Below the pieces are notes generated by a model. It saw nothing but the letters and a program-made list of their open reading frames with translations. It had not been told where the DNA came from and made no database searches. 32,000 nt of DNA from positions 2,893,484 to 2,925,483 of the forward strand of contig NC_009253.1 in assembly GCF_000016165.1 (NCBI RefSeq). Direction: 5' to 3'. Positions 16,058-24,151 of this stretch are shown in pieces (position 1 is the first letter of the stretch; the number at the start of each line of letters is the position of its first letter). Position numbers and translations under genes: made by a program. Origin of the DNA: Desulforamulus reducens MI-1. Its GTDB lineage: Bacteria > Bacillota > Desulfotomaculia > Desulfotomaculales > Desulfotomaculaceae.

Positions 16058-17029
16058 TTAAGTAATCTGTTTGGAACGCCTGCGTGCCCTCCGCATAAGC
16101 TGGAACTGATCCGGTGGGGTTACGAGGCTGTCTCCTTCTACCACAGGTCCCACCAGACCCACCAAAACGTACAACTGGTCAATGGGGTCCCATTTAAATT
16201 CTTTCACCAGTCGGAAGTTCATAATCTCACTGGTTCTCTTTACGTGCAGGCGTGGCCCTGTACAGGGAAAAACAAGACTTTCCCCTATTTTAATATTTGT
16301 CTCATCGTGATAGTAAATACAAATATCCTTATCAATAACTTCTTTAACTCTTTTTTCCAATGAATTAAGGTCGATATTGGGTATTTCTTCAAATTCTAGC
16401 ACAAAACCATGCTTAATATCGCTGTGAACTTTGGGTCTCTTAATCCCAAATTCATGCTCCAAGACCAGCCCTGTGATATCCTCGGCGGTATGGGCCATTT
16501 TTCTATAAATCAGGGATTCATAGACAATATCGACAATCTCCTGGGGCTCCGGCCCAAAAATATTGGGTCTGGTTACAATAACCTCTTCTCCGATACCAAT
16601 AAGAATCTGAGCATTCATTTTCAACATAGAATAAAGAAGGTCAAAATGCTCCACAATAACCCGTCGATCATGCTTAATGGCCTCCTGTACAGCTTCTACA
16701 ATGATCCATGGTTGCGTAAAGGCCATTTCAAAACGCATATCCAAATGATACGTCCGACTACGAAAATGTTTTTTTTCAAAATCATCTAGTAATGGCAATG
16801 GACGAACATTGATTCCATCATCATCATTAGTAAGCTCCAAACCCGGAAACATTCCCCGTATGAGTAAGGATTTACCTGCCCCGGCATCCCCCACAAAACC
16901 AATTAAGTGATCCTCCGGACTGAGGTAGCGATGGGCTAAGTTGCCGCCCAGGGCCAGTAAACGGTAGCGTCCCCTGGGCGCAAAATAGACCGCATGCATT
17001 AAATACTCGTGAATAATCGATACTGGCAA
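16058..17029 (-). CDS. Uncharacterised P-loop NTPase
   Basis: 323 aa, TTG start with GGGGGAG SD. It has a Walker A motif ([13 protein letters not shown]) and a candidate Walker B (RRVIVEHFD). I recognise no further family. It is tightly packed between the MBL hydrolase and rph. Confidence 0.6.
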   Translation of the reverse strand: MPVSIIHEYLMHAVYFAPRGRYRLLALGGNLAHRYLSPEDHLIGFVGDAGAGKSLLIRGMFPGLELTNDDDGINVRPLPLLDDFEKKHFRSRTYHLDMRFEMAFTQPWIIVEAVQEAIKHDRRVIVEHFDLLYSMLKMNAQILIGIGEEVIVTRPNIFGPEPQEIVDIVYESLIYRKMAHTAEDITGLVLEHEFGIKRPKVHSDIKHGFVLEFEEIPNIDLNSLEKRVKEVIDKDICIYYHDETNIKIGESLVFPCTGPRLHVKRTSEIMNFRLVKEFKWDPIDQLYVLVGLVGPVVEGDSLVTPPDQFQLMRRARRRSKQIT

Positions 17030-17043
17030 CGCTTCTCCCCCTT

Positions 17044-17790
17044 TTATATCACGATGGTAGCTCCTTCCCTGGCTAGTTCTGTGGTCTTACCAAATCCCTC
17101 CTCCGCCTGTCTTTGCAATTTTGAGAGAACATATTCGGGGTAAAAGTGAGTGATCATTAAACGTTTTGCACCGGCTGCCGCAGCCACTTGCCCTGCTTGA
17201 CGGGCAGTTAGGTGCTTTTCTTTTAGATAATCGGCATCCTGCTCTAAACCACTGGCCTCACAAAGTAATAGGTCTGCCCCGATGGCCAGTTCAATTAAGC
17301 CTTCATTGAAAGCGGTGTCCCCGGAGAATATAAACCTTTTGCTTCCCTCAATGGAAATGCTGTAAGCCGGCAAATTATGTTTTGCCGGAACAAACCTGGC
17401 TTTTAGCCCTGCCATTGTTATTTCCCGAGGATCAGGTATTTCATCAATTATATGAATTTGAAAGGCTTTCGTAAAGTCTTTAATCCTTTGAAAATCCTCC
17501 GCGGGGCCCGTTGGCATGTAAAGGGGCACCAACCTATTCATCCGCCCCTCTCGATTAGCGGCCTCGATGGCATGTCTCAGGGAGTAAATATCCATGATAT
17601 GATCTGGATGCAGGTGGCTAAGAAATACCGCATCCAGGTCCTCAATGTTAATGTGCTGTAGCATTTTACTTAATATGCCATTACCCGCATCAATAAGCAG
17701 ATTACACCCGTTATCCTGCAATAAATAGCCGGAGCAGGCACCGCTGACCCGGGGGTAAGGCGCCCAGCAGCCAAGGACGGTAAGTTTCAA
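17044..17790 (-). CDS. MBL-fold metallo-hydrolase (YhfI / RNase Z-like short form)
   Basis: 248 aa, TTG start with GAGGTG SD. It carries the HLHPDH zinc motif (SHLHPDHIMD) plus a downstream H (PAKH), a D (SGDT) and an H (ITHF). Confidence 0.85.
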   Translation of the reverse strand: MKLTVLGCWAPYPRVSGACSGYLLQDNGCNLLIDAGNGILSKMLQHINIEDLDAVFLSHLHPDHIMDIYSLRHAIEAANREGRMNRLVPLYMPTGPAEDFQRIKDFTKAFQIHIIDEIPDPREITMAGLKARFVPAKHNLPAYSISIEGSKRFIFSGDTAFNEGLIELAIGADLLLCEASGLEQDADYLKEKHLTARQAGQVAAAAGAKRLMITHFYPEYVLSKLQRQAEEGFGKTTELAREGATIVI

Positions 17791-18002
17791 ATTTTATTGC
17801 ACCTCACAGTTGTTAACTTTCAGTCATTTTTTAATCGTTCGTTGTTAGCTTTGAGCAGTGTACATTTAGCCATGAGCCGTGGGCCATGACTTTTGGGTAT
17901 TCCTTTGGGGTCAACCTTGGGCCTTGCCGTGAGTTTTTAGTCTTCAGTGTAAGTCCTTAGGCTAATAACTCATGGCCGACCCCGAAGACCATCCCTTAAG
18001 CC
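17791..18002. repeat. Structured intergenic element, copy A (related to 22565-22750)
   Basis: 212 bp non-coding. It begins (minus sense) right after the activase stop with GCTTAAGGGATG (plus 17990..18001 CATCCCTTAAGC). It contains a degenerate heptad run CCGTGAG TTTTTAG TCTTCAG TGTAAG TCCTTAG (17927..17960), the palindromic block CATGAGCCGTGGGCCATG, and an internal complement CTTTGGGGTC / GACCCCGAAG. Confidence 0.5.
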
Positions 18003-18767
18003 TCACCCCAAAGCAAAGGCACAGCACCCAATGGCTCCATTGTACTGGGGGTGTTGCGGTACCACCACGGGTACCTTCATTTCATTCTCTATGATTTTAA
18101 CCAATGCCTGGCTATGGGCAACCCCACCGGTAAAAACAATGGTATCCGTCAGCAATTTGCTAAGCATCGGTTTAATTCTCTTAAAAATGGTATAATTTAC
18201 CCCAGCCCCCAGAGCAGAAATGGGGTGACCTTCCACCACTTTGCCAATTAATTCTGTTTCTCCAAAAATAGCGCAGGTAGAGTTCAGGTCCACCGGGTTT
18301 TCATCATAATAGGCCAGTTCATCCATATCAATATCAAGCACCGCTGCCATGTTCTCCAGATAACGGCCAGTGCTGGCCGCACATTTATCGTTGGTTTGGA
18401 AATCCATCATTCTCCCCTTGGACACTAAAACTACCTTACTATCCTGCCCCCCGAGGTCCAGCAGGGTGAATTCAGAAAGTCCCGTTTGGTGTATGGCCCC
18501 TAGTACATGGGCTTTTATTTCAGGTAAAATGTCCGCCCCTTTTAAATTAATGGTCTGTCTTCCATAACCAGTGGCTACAATCTTTTCAGGTAACCCTATC
18601 CCCAGAGCCTCCAGATCCACCAGTAGTTCCCCGTTTACGCTTTTACCGTGTTTTCGGTAAAAAGATACTGTGTCAAACTTACGAAAAGAGAGGCCGCCAT
18701 CCTTATCCATTAAGGCCACTTTTACATTCCGGCTGCCTAAATCAATACCGCAAATCAATGTTATCAC
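18003..18767 (-). CDS. 2-hydroxyacyl-CoA dehydratase activase (BcrAD/BadFG/HgdC-type ATPase, [4Fe-4S] archerase family)
   Basis: 254 aa. The N-terminus GIDLGSRNVKVAL is the ASKHA phosphate-1 motif, followed by DLGGQDSKV and FTGGVA. The GTG start overlaps the upstream stop (GTGA); a TTG three codons downstream is an alternative start. Confidence 0.85.
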   Translation of the reverse strand: MITLICGIDLGSRNVKVALMDKDGGLSFRKFDTVSFYRKHGKSVNGELLVDLEALGIGLPEKIVATGYGRQTINLKGADILPEIKAHVLGAIHQTGLSEFTLLDLGGQDSKVVLVSKGRMMDFQTNDKCAASTGRYLENMAAVLDIDMDELAYYDENPVDLNSTCAIFGETELIGKVVEGHPISALGAGVNYTIFKRIKPMLSKLLTDTIVFTGGVAHSQALVKIIENEMKVPVVVPQHPQYNGAIGCCAFALG

Positions 18768-19726
18768 CTCAACATATCCAAAAAGGCATCCAACCGCATG
18801 CGCGTGCGGGCATCCAACTTATTGGGTTTATCTCCCTCCAATGTTAGAATGGGATATTTTAATTTCTGCCGAACAATTAAGTCTTCTATTTGACGGTAAC
18901 AGAAACTTTGGGCGTAGTGAATTACCCCATCCACTTGCCTTTGCTCCAGTTCCCGGCTGATATCTTGCAAACGATAAAAAATGCCGTAGGGATAACTGTA
19001 AATTCTGTACTGCTCTACGATGTCGTCCGTTGCAAAGGGCATGGTAAACTGTCGCTGTACCTCGTTAAATACCACCCTGGCACCCCGTTCCTCCACATAA
19101 TCATACAAATCATCCATAATAGGAGGAACGCCAATATAAGCCAGACGTACCTTTGCCTTGATGGGTTCCTTTGCGGGTAGCTCTGCCAGGTATTGGTCCA
19201 CCCTGCGGCCAAAATCCTCTGGGTCTCCCTCCAAGTCACTGCAGCAGACTTGATATAAATGATTATCCCAACCCCGCACCCTATCCCCCTGCCAAGTTAA
19301 GCGATCCAATTCATGTACTTTGCTCCGAATGGCATCCAATCTTTTTTTGGCGTGATAAACTTCGTCCCAGGTGGTTCCCAGGGTATTAATCAGCTTTTCC
19401 ATCTGCAATTTTAACAAATCATAGTCTCGATCAAAGGGAAAAGCAAAGGGTATAACATTAACTCCGGCCATTTCCAGCGTTTCCATTAGGGCATGGGTGT
19501 TACTACAATCACCCTGGGTTACTGCGATAAGGGTCTGAATATCATCATTCTGAAGAATAGTGGAATAAAGCCCCTTTATCCAGGCACAGAGATTGCGGGG
19601 ATAACCCGCCATCTCTGCCTCCTCTACCAGACTCTGTGGATTTTCATGGGTCACAAAAATATTATTAAGATCCACCGGTATTAACCCTGCAGCATAAACC
19701 ACTTCCACTGGGATGGTGGTGGTCAT
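18764..19726 (-). CDS. 2-hydroxyacyl-CoA dehydratase family protein (HGD-D-like, single short subunit)
   Basis: Start placed at ATG 19726 (MTTTIPVEVVYAAG, GGAAGG SD 5 nt upstream) rather than GTG 19741. Features are typical of the family as I recall it: the TTIPVE N-terminus, conserved Cys (NLCAW, GDCSNTH, SFCYRQ) and a C-terminal ...LEGD...D.R...R...F. Only one subunit gene is present. Confidence 0.75.
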   Translation of the reverse strand: MTTTIPVEVVYAAGLIPVDLNNIFVTHENPQSLVEEAEMAGYPRNLCAWIKGLYSTILQNDDIQTLIAVTQGDCSNTHALMETLEMAGVNVIPFAFPFDRDYDLLKLQMEKLINTLGTTWDEVYHAKKRLDAIRSKVHELDRLTWQGDRVRGWDNHLYQVCCSDLEGDPEDFGRRVDQYLAELPAKEPIKAKVRLAYIGVPPIMDDLYDYVEERGARVVFNEVQRQFTMPFATDDIVEQYRIYSYPYGIFYRLQDISRELEQRQVDGVIHYAQSFCYRQIEDLIVRQKLKYPILTLEGDKPNKLDARTRMRLDAFLDMLR

Positions 19727-19741
19727 TCCAACCTTCCGCAC

Positions 19742-20992
19742 TTAGGAAATAACCCCCTTAGCTCGCAGCACTGCCAGGGTCCGGTTCATCTCATTAAAAG
19801 TGATCATCAGTCCTTCATCCACACCCATGCCTGGTTTGGCCAACATTTGATCTGGTTGTGTGGCAATACCGATATGTACGCAAACCTGTGCTGAGCGATC
19901 CGTTTCATTACAGGTGCCGCCCAAGTAGGCCCCGATACCACGTTCCTTAGCATATAGAATAGCCTCAATGGTATTATTAATTCCACCCAAATCTGGGGTT
20001 TTAATCTGTACCATATGCCCTGCCTTGGCATCCACAAACTCCCTGATATCCTCTAGGGTGTTGCACCATTCGTCCGCTACGATTTCAACATTGGTACCCC
20101 TTTTTTCCAAGAGTTGCCGTAATTCTGCCAGAGCTTCAATTTGAGCAGGCTTATTTCCCCGGTCCATGGGCCCCTCAATACGAAGCTTTAAAGGTGCAGC
20201 AGCTAATTCTAACTGGGCTAAGTAATCGGCCATGCGATGGGTGTTTTCATCAAAGGCCTGTCCGATGGTGCCATAAACATCAATATGTAAAATGGGGGTA
20301 TAATCCTCTCCACCCAGCTTAAGGGCACGTTCCTTTAACCACGTCACATAATCCAACAGCTTCTCACCTTTACGGCCAAGCTTTTCTTCAACATTGTTTA
20401 TTAAACCATGGGGCAATACATCGGCCCTTTTAATTATAATTTTATCAGCATTGGTGTAACGTTCGTCTCCAGTTTGGCAGAAAATTGGCACCCGGTTTCC
20501 CACCAGACTGCAGTTGTATTCTCGCGCCACAATCTCCGCCATTGTACATTGAGCAGCCTTAGCTGCAGCATCCAGTAAAGCCTGGGTAATACCATAACGA
20601 ATGGCTGTGTGGTAACGGCTGCCGTCTGGCCGGGTTAGCTGATCAAACTCCTCTGCCAATGCCCGAAAGCCGTTGACATCCCGCCCAATTAGCTGAGGCA
20701 AAATTTCTTTTTCCAAAACGGGTATAAAGTCGCTGGCCAGAAATAAAGGGTCCCGTCCACCAGCACCGGAATACTGTACAGCAGCACAATCCCCATAGGC
20801 CACTAGGCCGCTCTCCAGCAGTAGCAACACTGAAATAGACTCCCCCCGCTGACGAACCATTGAAAAACCAGGGGTAGCTGGTTCACCCAAATAGGCAAAA
20901 CCATCATGCTCTCGTCCCATCTTAATAGCCTTTTGATCATCAAAGTAAAAGCCGGTTAAGCCCGGCGAAACAACAGCACCGGTTATTTTCAT
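19742..20992 (-). CDS. mal: Methylaspartate ammonia-lyase (beta-methylaspartase)
   Basis: 416 aa, ATG with GGAGGA SD. The N-terminus MKITGAVVSPGLTGFYFDDQKAIK matches the conserved MAL N-terminus. It shows an enolase-superfamily layout (KIKTPDLGG, GGTCNETD). Confidence 0.9.
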   Translation of the reverse strand: MKITGAVVSPGLTGFYFDDQKAIKMGREHDGFAYLGEPATPGFSMVRQRGESISVLLLLESGLVAYGDCAAVQYSGAGGRDPLFLASDFIPVLEKEILPQLIGRDVNGFRALAEEFDQLTRPDGSRYHTAIRYGITQALLDAAAKAAQCTMAEIVAREYNCSLVGNRVPIFCQTGDERYTNADKIIIKRADVLPHGLINNVEEKLGRKGEKLLDYVTWLKERALKLGGEDYTPILHIDVYGTIGQAFDENTHRMADYLAQLELAAAPLKLRIEGPMDRGNKPAQIEALAELRQLLEKRGTNVEIVADEWCNTLEDIREFVDAKAGHMVQIKTPDLGGINNTIEAILYAKERGIGAYLGGTCNETDRSAQVCVHIGIATQPDQMLAKPGMGVDEGLMITFNEMNRTLAVLRAKGVIS

Positions 20993-21048
20993 CTTCGTTC
21001 CTCCGTTCTGTGATACATGGTGATATATATAACAACAGTATCGGTAAA

Positions 21049-21097
21049 GGCACGGATGTTATTTCCTAGCATAATAAGAGGGAAATAACACCGTGCC
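21049..21097 (-). other. Long near-perfect hairpin between glmE and mal (possible intra-operon attenuator or mRNA stabiliser)
   Basis: Arms GGCACGGATGTTATTTCC (21049..21066) and GGAAATAACACCGTGCC (21081..21097) form a ~17-bp stem with one bulge and a 14-nt loop. On the minus strand it is followed only by UUUACC, so it is not a strong terminator. Confidence 0.5.
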
Positions 21098-21103
21098 ACT
21101 CCA

Positions 21104-22564
21104 TTATCTGACCTTACCCACCAGCATTCCTTTGCCAATGGCATAAATATCATCAATGACCATTTGAAAGCTGGGTTCCCTGCCTTCAGTCTTTCCTCTT
21201 TGTGCTATTTTTTCCCGGTGAATCTCTTTTATATCTTCACCAAAGGGCAGGTTTCCAAAATCCAGCAGGCGAACCGCTCCATAATAATCCCTGGCCGGTA
21301 ATAATTTACCTGCATTATAACGACTGGGAGCAAAGGGGACATCAATCACACCAGCCTGGAAACCCCGAACGGTACCCACAGCAATGTCTCCCTCACCAAA
21401 TTCCAATAGTTTTTCTAAGATAGCCCTTGTTTCTGCTTTAATAAGTTCTTTCTCCTCGGTCAATTCTTGGGACTGCATGAGAGGCTGATCCTTCAGCATA
21501 TTTAAAATCTGCTTGGTTGCTTTAATTCCAGAAGCATTGGCTTCCTTAGTAGGAATACCCATTGCTTCATGTGGCGTTTTGACAATGACTTTGGTAGCCT
21601 TCGCCAGAGCAGCGGTTGCCGCACCCCAGCTAATTACACCAAAGGCTTTACTCTCATCCTGGGGAAAGCCACCCATCCATTGGTGGAAAACCGTGGTAAC
21701 AACGGTATCTTGATACCCGAAACGGGAAAGATATTCATCGGCCAGCTCTTCCAGGGAACGGATAGCCGCCACATCCTGGGTTAAGTTGCCGCACTGACCA
21801 TAGCCAAGGGTTAAACTTTTTACACCCTGTTCTGCTGCCAACAGTGCTTCTAGGATAGCAATACTATGTGAAATACAGGGTGGTACCAATGTTCCGGTTA
21901 GTGGTCCAAAGGGTTCTCGGTTAATGGAGATACCTCTCTCTTCATAGTACCCTACCAGTCGGTCGGCATATTGCCAATCCCGGATGGAACGCTCCAGAGG
22001 AACATCCTTGGCATAGGGAATGTTGTAGGAAATACCGCCACCCTCGTAGGCTGTGAAACCGCCGGCCAGTGAAATCTCGGTCAGTAGCCGAGCATCAGGT
22101 GTCCCATGCCGTACCTGTACCGGAGATATTACCGATTCAACCACCTGGCGGCAGGCTACAACACCGTGGTTTACAGCAGGAAAACCATTTAACATAGAAC
22201 GTCCTACGGACCGACTCTCGTCAATACCCGCTTGGGCTTCGTTATAACGATTTTGCCGGGTATAACTATCGATGGTGGTGGGTAATAAATCCGCCTCTCC
22301 TTCGGTTTCCAGGTAGCGCAGAAGCTCAATGTGTTCATTTACCAGTGCAACTCCAGCTCTGGGTTGCGCTAGGGTAATACCTTCTTGTTTAGCGGTTTCC
22401 AGTTTTTTAGCAAAGCGGCGATTGTCAGGTATCTTCGATTGGTATGCAATGGCCTCTTCCAAATCTACTTCCTGCCCGGTGGGCCAGCTGTTTAATATTT
22501 CCCTACGAATTTCGAGGAATTGATCCCATTCCAACCTCTTATTGGTTAATTGCAAGTATCTCAC
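21104..22564 (-). CDS. glmE: Glutamate mutase epsilon (E, catalytic) subunit / methylaspartate mutase
   Basis: 486-aa ORF. ...[34 protein letters not shown] resembles the GlmE N-terminus from memory. It sits between glmL and mal as in clostridial mut/glm clusters. GTG 22564 lies only 1 nt from the SD AGGAG, so TTG 22555 ([10 protein letters not shown]) is the more likely start. Confidence 0.9.
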   Translation of the reverse strand: MRYLQLTNKRLEWDQFLEIRREILNSWPTGQEVDLEEAIAYQSKIPDNRRFAKKLETAKQEGITLAQPRAGVALVNEHIELLRYLETEGEADLLPTTIDSYTRQNRYNEAQAGIDESRSVGRSMLNGFPAVNHGVVACRQVVESVISPVQVRHGTPDARLLTEISLAGGFTAYEGGGISYNIPYAKDVPLERSIRDWQYADRLVGYYEERGISINREPFGPLTGTLVPPCISHSIAILEALLAAEQGVKSLTLGYGQCGNLTQDVAAIRSLEELADEYLSRFGYQDTVVTTVFHQWMGGFPQDESKAFGVISWGAATAALAKATKVIVKTPHEAMGIPTKEANASGIKATKQILNMLKDQPLMQSQELTEEKELIKAETRAILEKLLEFGEGDIAVGTVRGFQAGVIDVPFAPSRYNAGKLLPARDYYGAVRLLDFGNLPFGEDIKEIHREKIAQRGKTEGREPSFQMVIDDIYAIGKGMLVGKVR

Positions 22565-22750
22565 ACTCCTGTTAAGCCCTCAGCCGTCAGCCTTCAGTCC
22601 TCAGCTTTTAAGGACTCAGCTATTGGCTCTTGACTTTTGTTTTCGGTAAAATTTCTTAATGGCAACGCTTTGGACCATGAGCTTTAGGTTAATGGCACAT
22701 GGCTCACGGCCAACCCCATAGGCTGAAGGCTTGACCCCCAAAAGCATCCC
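22565..22750. repeat. Structured intergenic element, copy B (related to 17791-18002)
   Basis: 186 bp non-coding between glmL and glmE. It shares CATCCCTTAAGC (22745..22756, overlapping the glmL stop) and the flanking GACCCC(C/G)AA(A/G) region with copy A. It has four perfect-register heptads CCCTCAG CCGTCAG CCTTCAG TCCTCAG (22577..22604), a long-range complement AGCCTTCAG (22589..22597) / CTGAAGGCT (22723..22731), and CATGGCTCACGGC, related to the copy-A palindrome. Confidence 0.5.
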
Positions 22751-24139
22751 TTAAGCTTCAACCATATATTTTTTTGCCAGTCGTAGGGCTGCGGTTGGTT
22801 TTACTTCTGCCAAGAGACCCACTGCAGCCAGAATATACTCTTTATCCAACAAAAATTTAGGCTGCTTGGGTCGGAGAACCGTAGGTTGGTCCTGTTTATA
22901 AAGTGCACCCTCTAGGATTTGTCTGGGATGAGGATGATTAACAATGACACCCCCTGTACCAATTAAATAGGGTACTTCTGTAAGATCCTTGCCATGTTGA
23001 ATATACATAGCCCCCATGGGTGTCCAAACATTTTCCAGGGTACCGGCATGTCTTTCCATTGCCAGATCTGTGGCCAGGCGAGCCATTGCCGTATCAATTT
23101 CCCATTGTTTTCCGTTCTCTGGCAGTAATTCAACACGATTTTGTACATATTGAACATAGGATTCCACTTCCGACTCCGGTAATCCTGTTACAGAGGCCAG
23201 TCGTCGAGATCCGATGGATTCCAATAGCGAAAGGGCACTAACCCGCATGCCCAGATCCCCTTCCACCGTGCGTTTTGTGAAGGGTTCCGGTAAACCTTTA
23301 TAGGTAACCCCAGAGCGGGTGGGATGCCCTTCGGCCACTGAATGTATATCAGTGGTGGCACCTCCAATGTCTACGACGATTAATTCTCCCAACCCTGCTT
23401 CATCTTCTGTGCCTGTGGACAAGAGTTTTGCTGCATTTAAAACCGCCGCCGGGGTTGGCATCAAAACCCCTTGTATGTAGGTTTCCGCCCTTCGTAATCC
23501 CTTGGCCTCCACAATTTTCTCCAGGAAGGTGGCTCGAATAGCATCACGGGCCGGTTCTACATTTAATTTATTTAATTCCGGCAGTACATTGGCCGTTACT
23601 CGTACATCCTTACCCGCTTTAAGAAGAATATCCTGAACTTCATCAGCGGCGGATTTGTTACCGGCAATAATAATAGTATTACCGTACTTGGTTTTAGCCA
23701 ACATTCTGGCATTGTGCAGAATGGTTTCTTTATTGCCTCCGTCAGTACCACCGGCCAGTAGTATGATATCTGGACAACTTCCATCGATTTGTTCTATCTC
23801 CGAGGATGTAAGTTGATGGGCGTAGACACCCAGTATTCTAGCCCCTGCTCCCAAGGCCGCCTGTCTTGCTGCTTCCACCGTCAGTTCCTTGACCAGTCCA
23901 ATGGCTACCATTCGCAGTCCGCCAGCTGCACTGCTACAGGCCAAACGGCTTTGAAATTGAGGTAACGTACCACCAAAAAAAGGTTTTATTTCTTCCAGTG
24001 CTTTGTTTAAACCTTCCAGGATATTGGTTTCCACTGTGGTAAGACCTTTGGCTGTGGCAATAACTTCCGTAGCTTCTACATCCACGGCTGTGATCTTGGT
24101 ATAGGTACTACCAAAATCAATTAATAGGGCCAGTTCCAT
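22751..24139 (-). CDS. glmL: Glutamate mutase-associated protein GlmL/MutL (ASKHA-fold putative reactivase/chaperone)
   Basis: 462 aa, ATG with AGGGGGGA SD. The N-terminus LLIDFGSTYTKITAVD and VVDIGGATTDIHS are ASKHA ATPase motifs. It sits between glmS and glmE as in Clostridium mutS-mutL-mutE. Confidence 0.85.
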   Translation of the reverse strand: MELALLIDFGSTYTKITAVDVEATEVIATAKGLTTVETNILEGLNKALEEIKPFFGGTLPQFQSRLACSSAAGGLRMVAIGLVKELTVEAARQAALGAGARILGVYAHQLTSSEIEQIDGSCPDIILLAGGTDGGNKETILHNARMLAKTKYGNTIIIAGNKSAADEVQDILLKAGKDVRVTANVLPELNKLNVEPARDAIRATFLEKIVEAKGLRRAETYIQGVLMPTPAAVLNAAKLLSTGTEDEAGLGELIVVDIGGATTDIHSVAEGHPTRSGVTYKGLPEPFTKRTVEGDLGMRVSALSLLESIGSRRLASVTGLPESEVESYVQYVQNRVELLPENGKQWEIDTAMARLATDLAMERHAGTLENVWTPMGAMYIQHGKDLTEVPYLIGTGGVIVNHPHPRQILEGALYKQDQPTVLRPKQPKFLLDKEYILAAVGLLAEVKPTAALRLAKKYMVEA

Positions 24140-24151
24140 GCCGGTCCCCCC

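Noticed and set aside
22577-22604. Heptad tandem repeats considered as a CRISPR fragment or minisatellite
   Set aside because: The units are only 7 nt with no spacers and only four or five copies, and no cas genes are nearby. It is better described as part of a structured intergenic element (reported as a finding).
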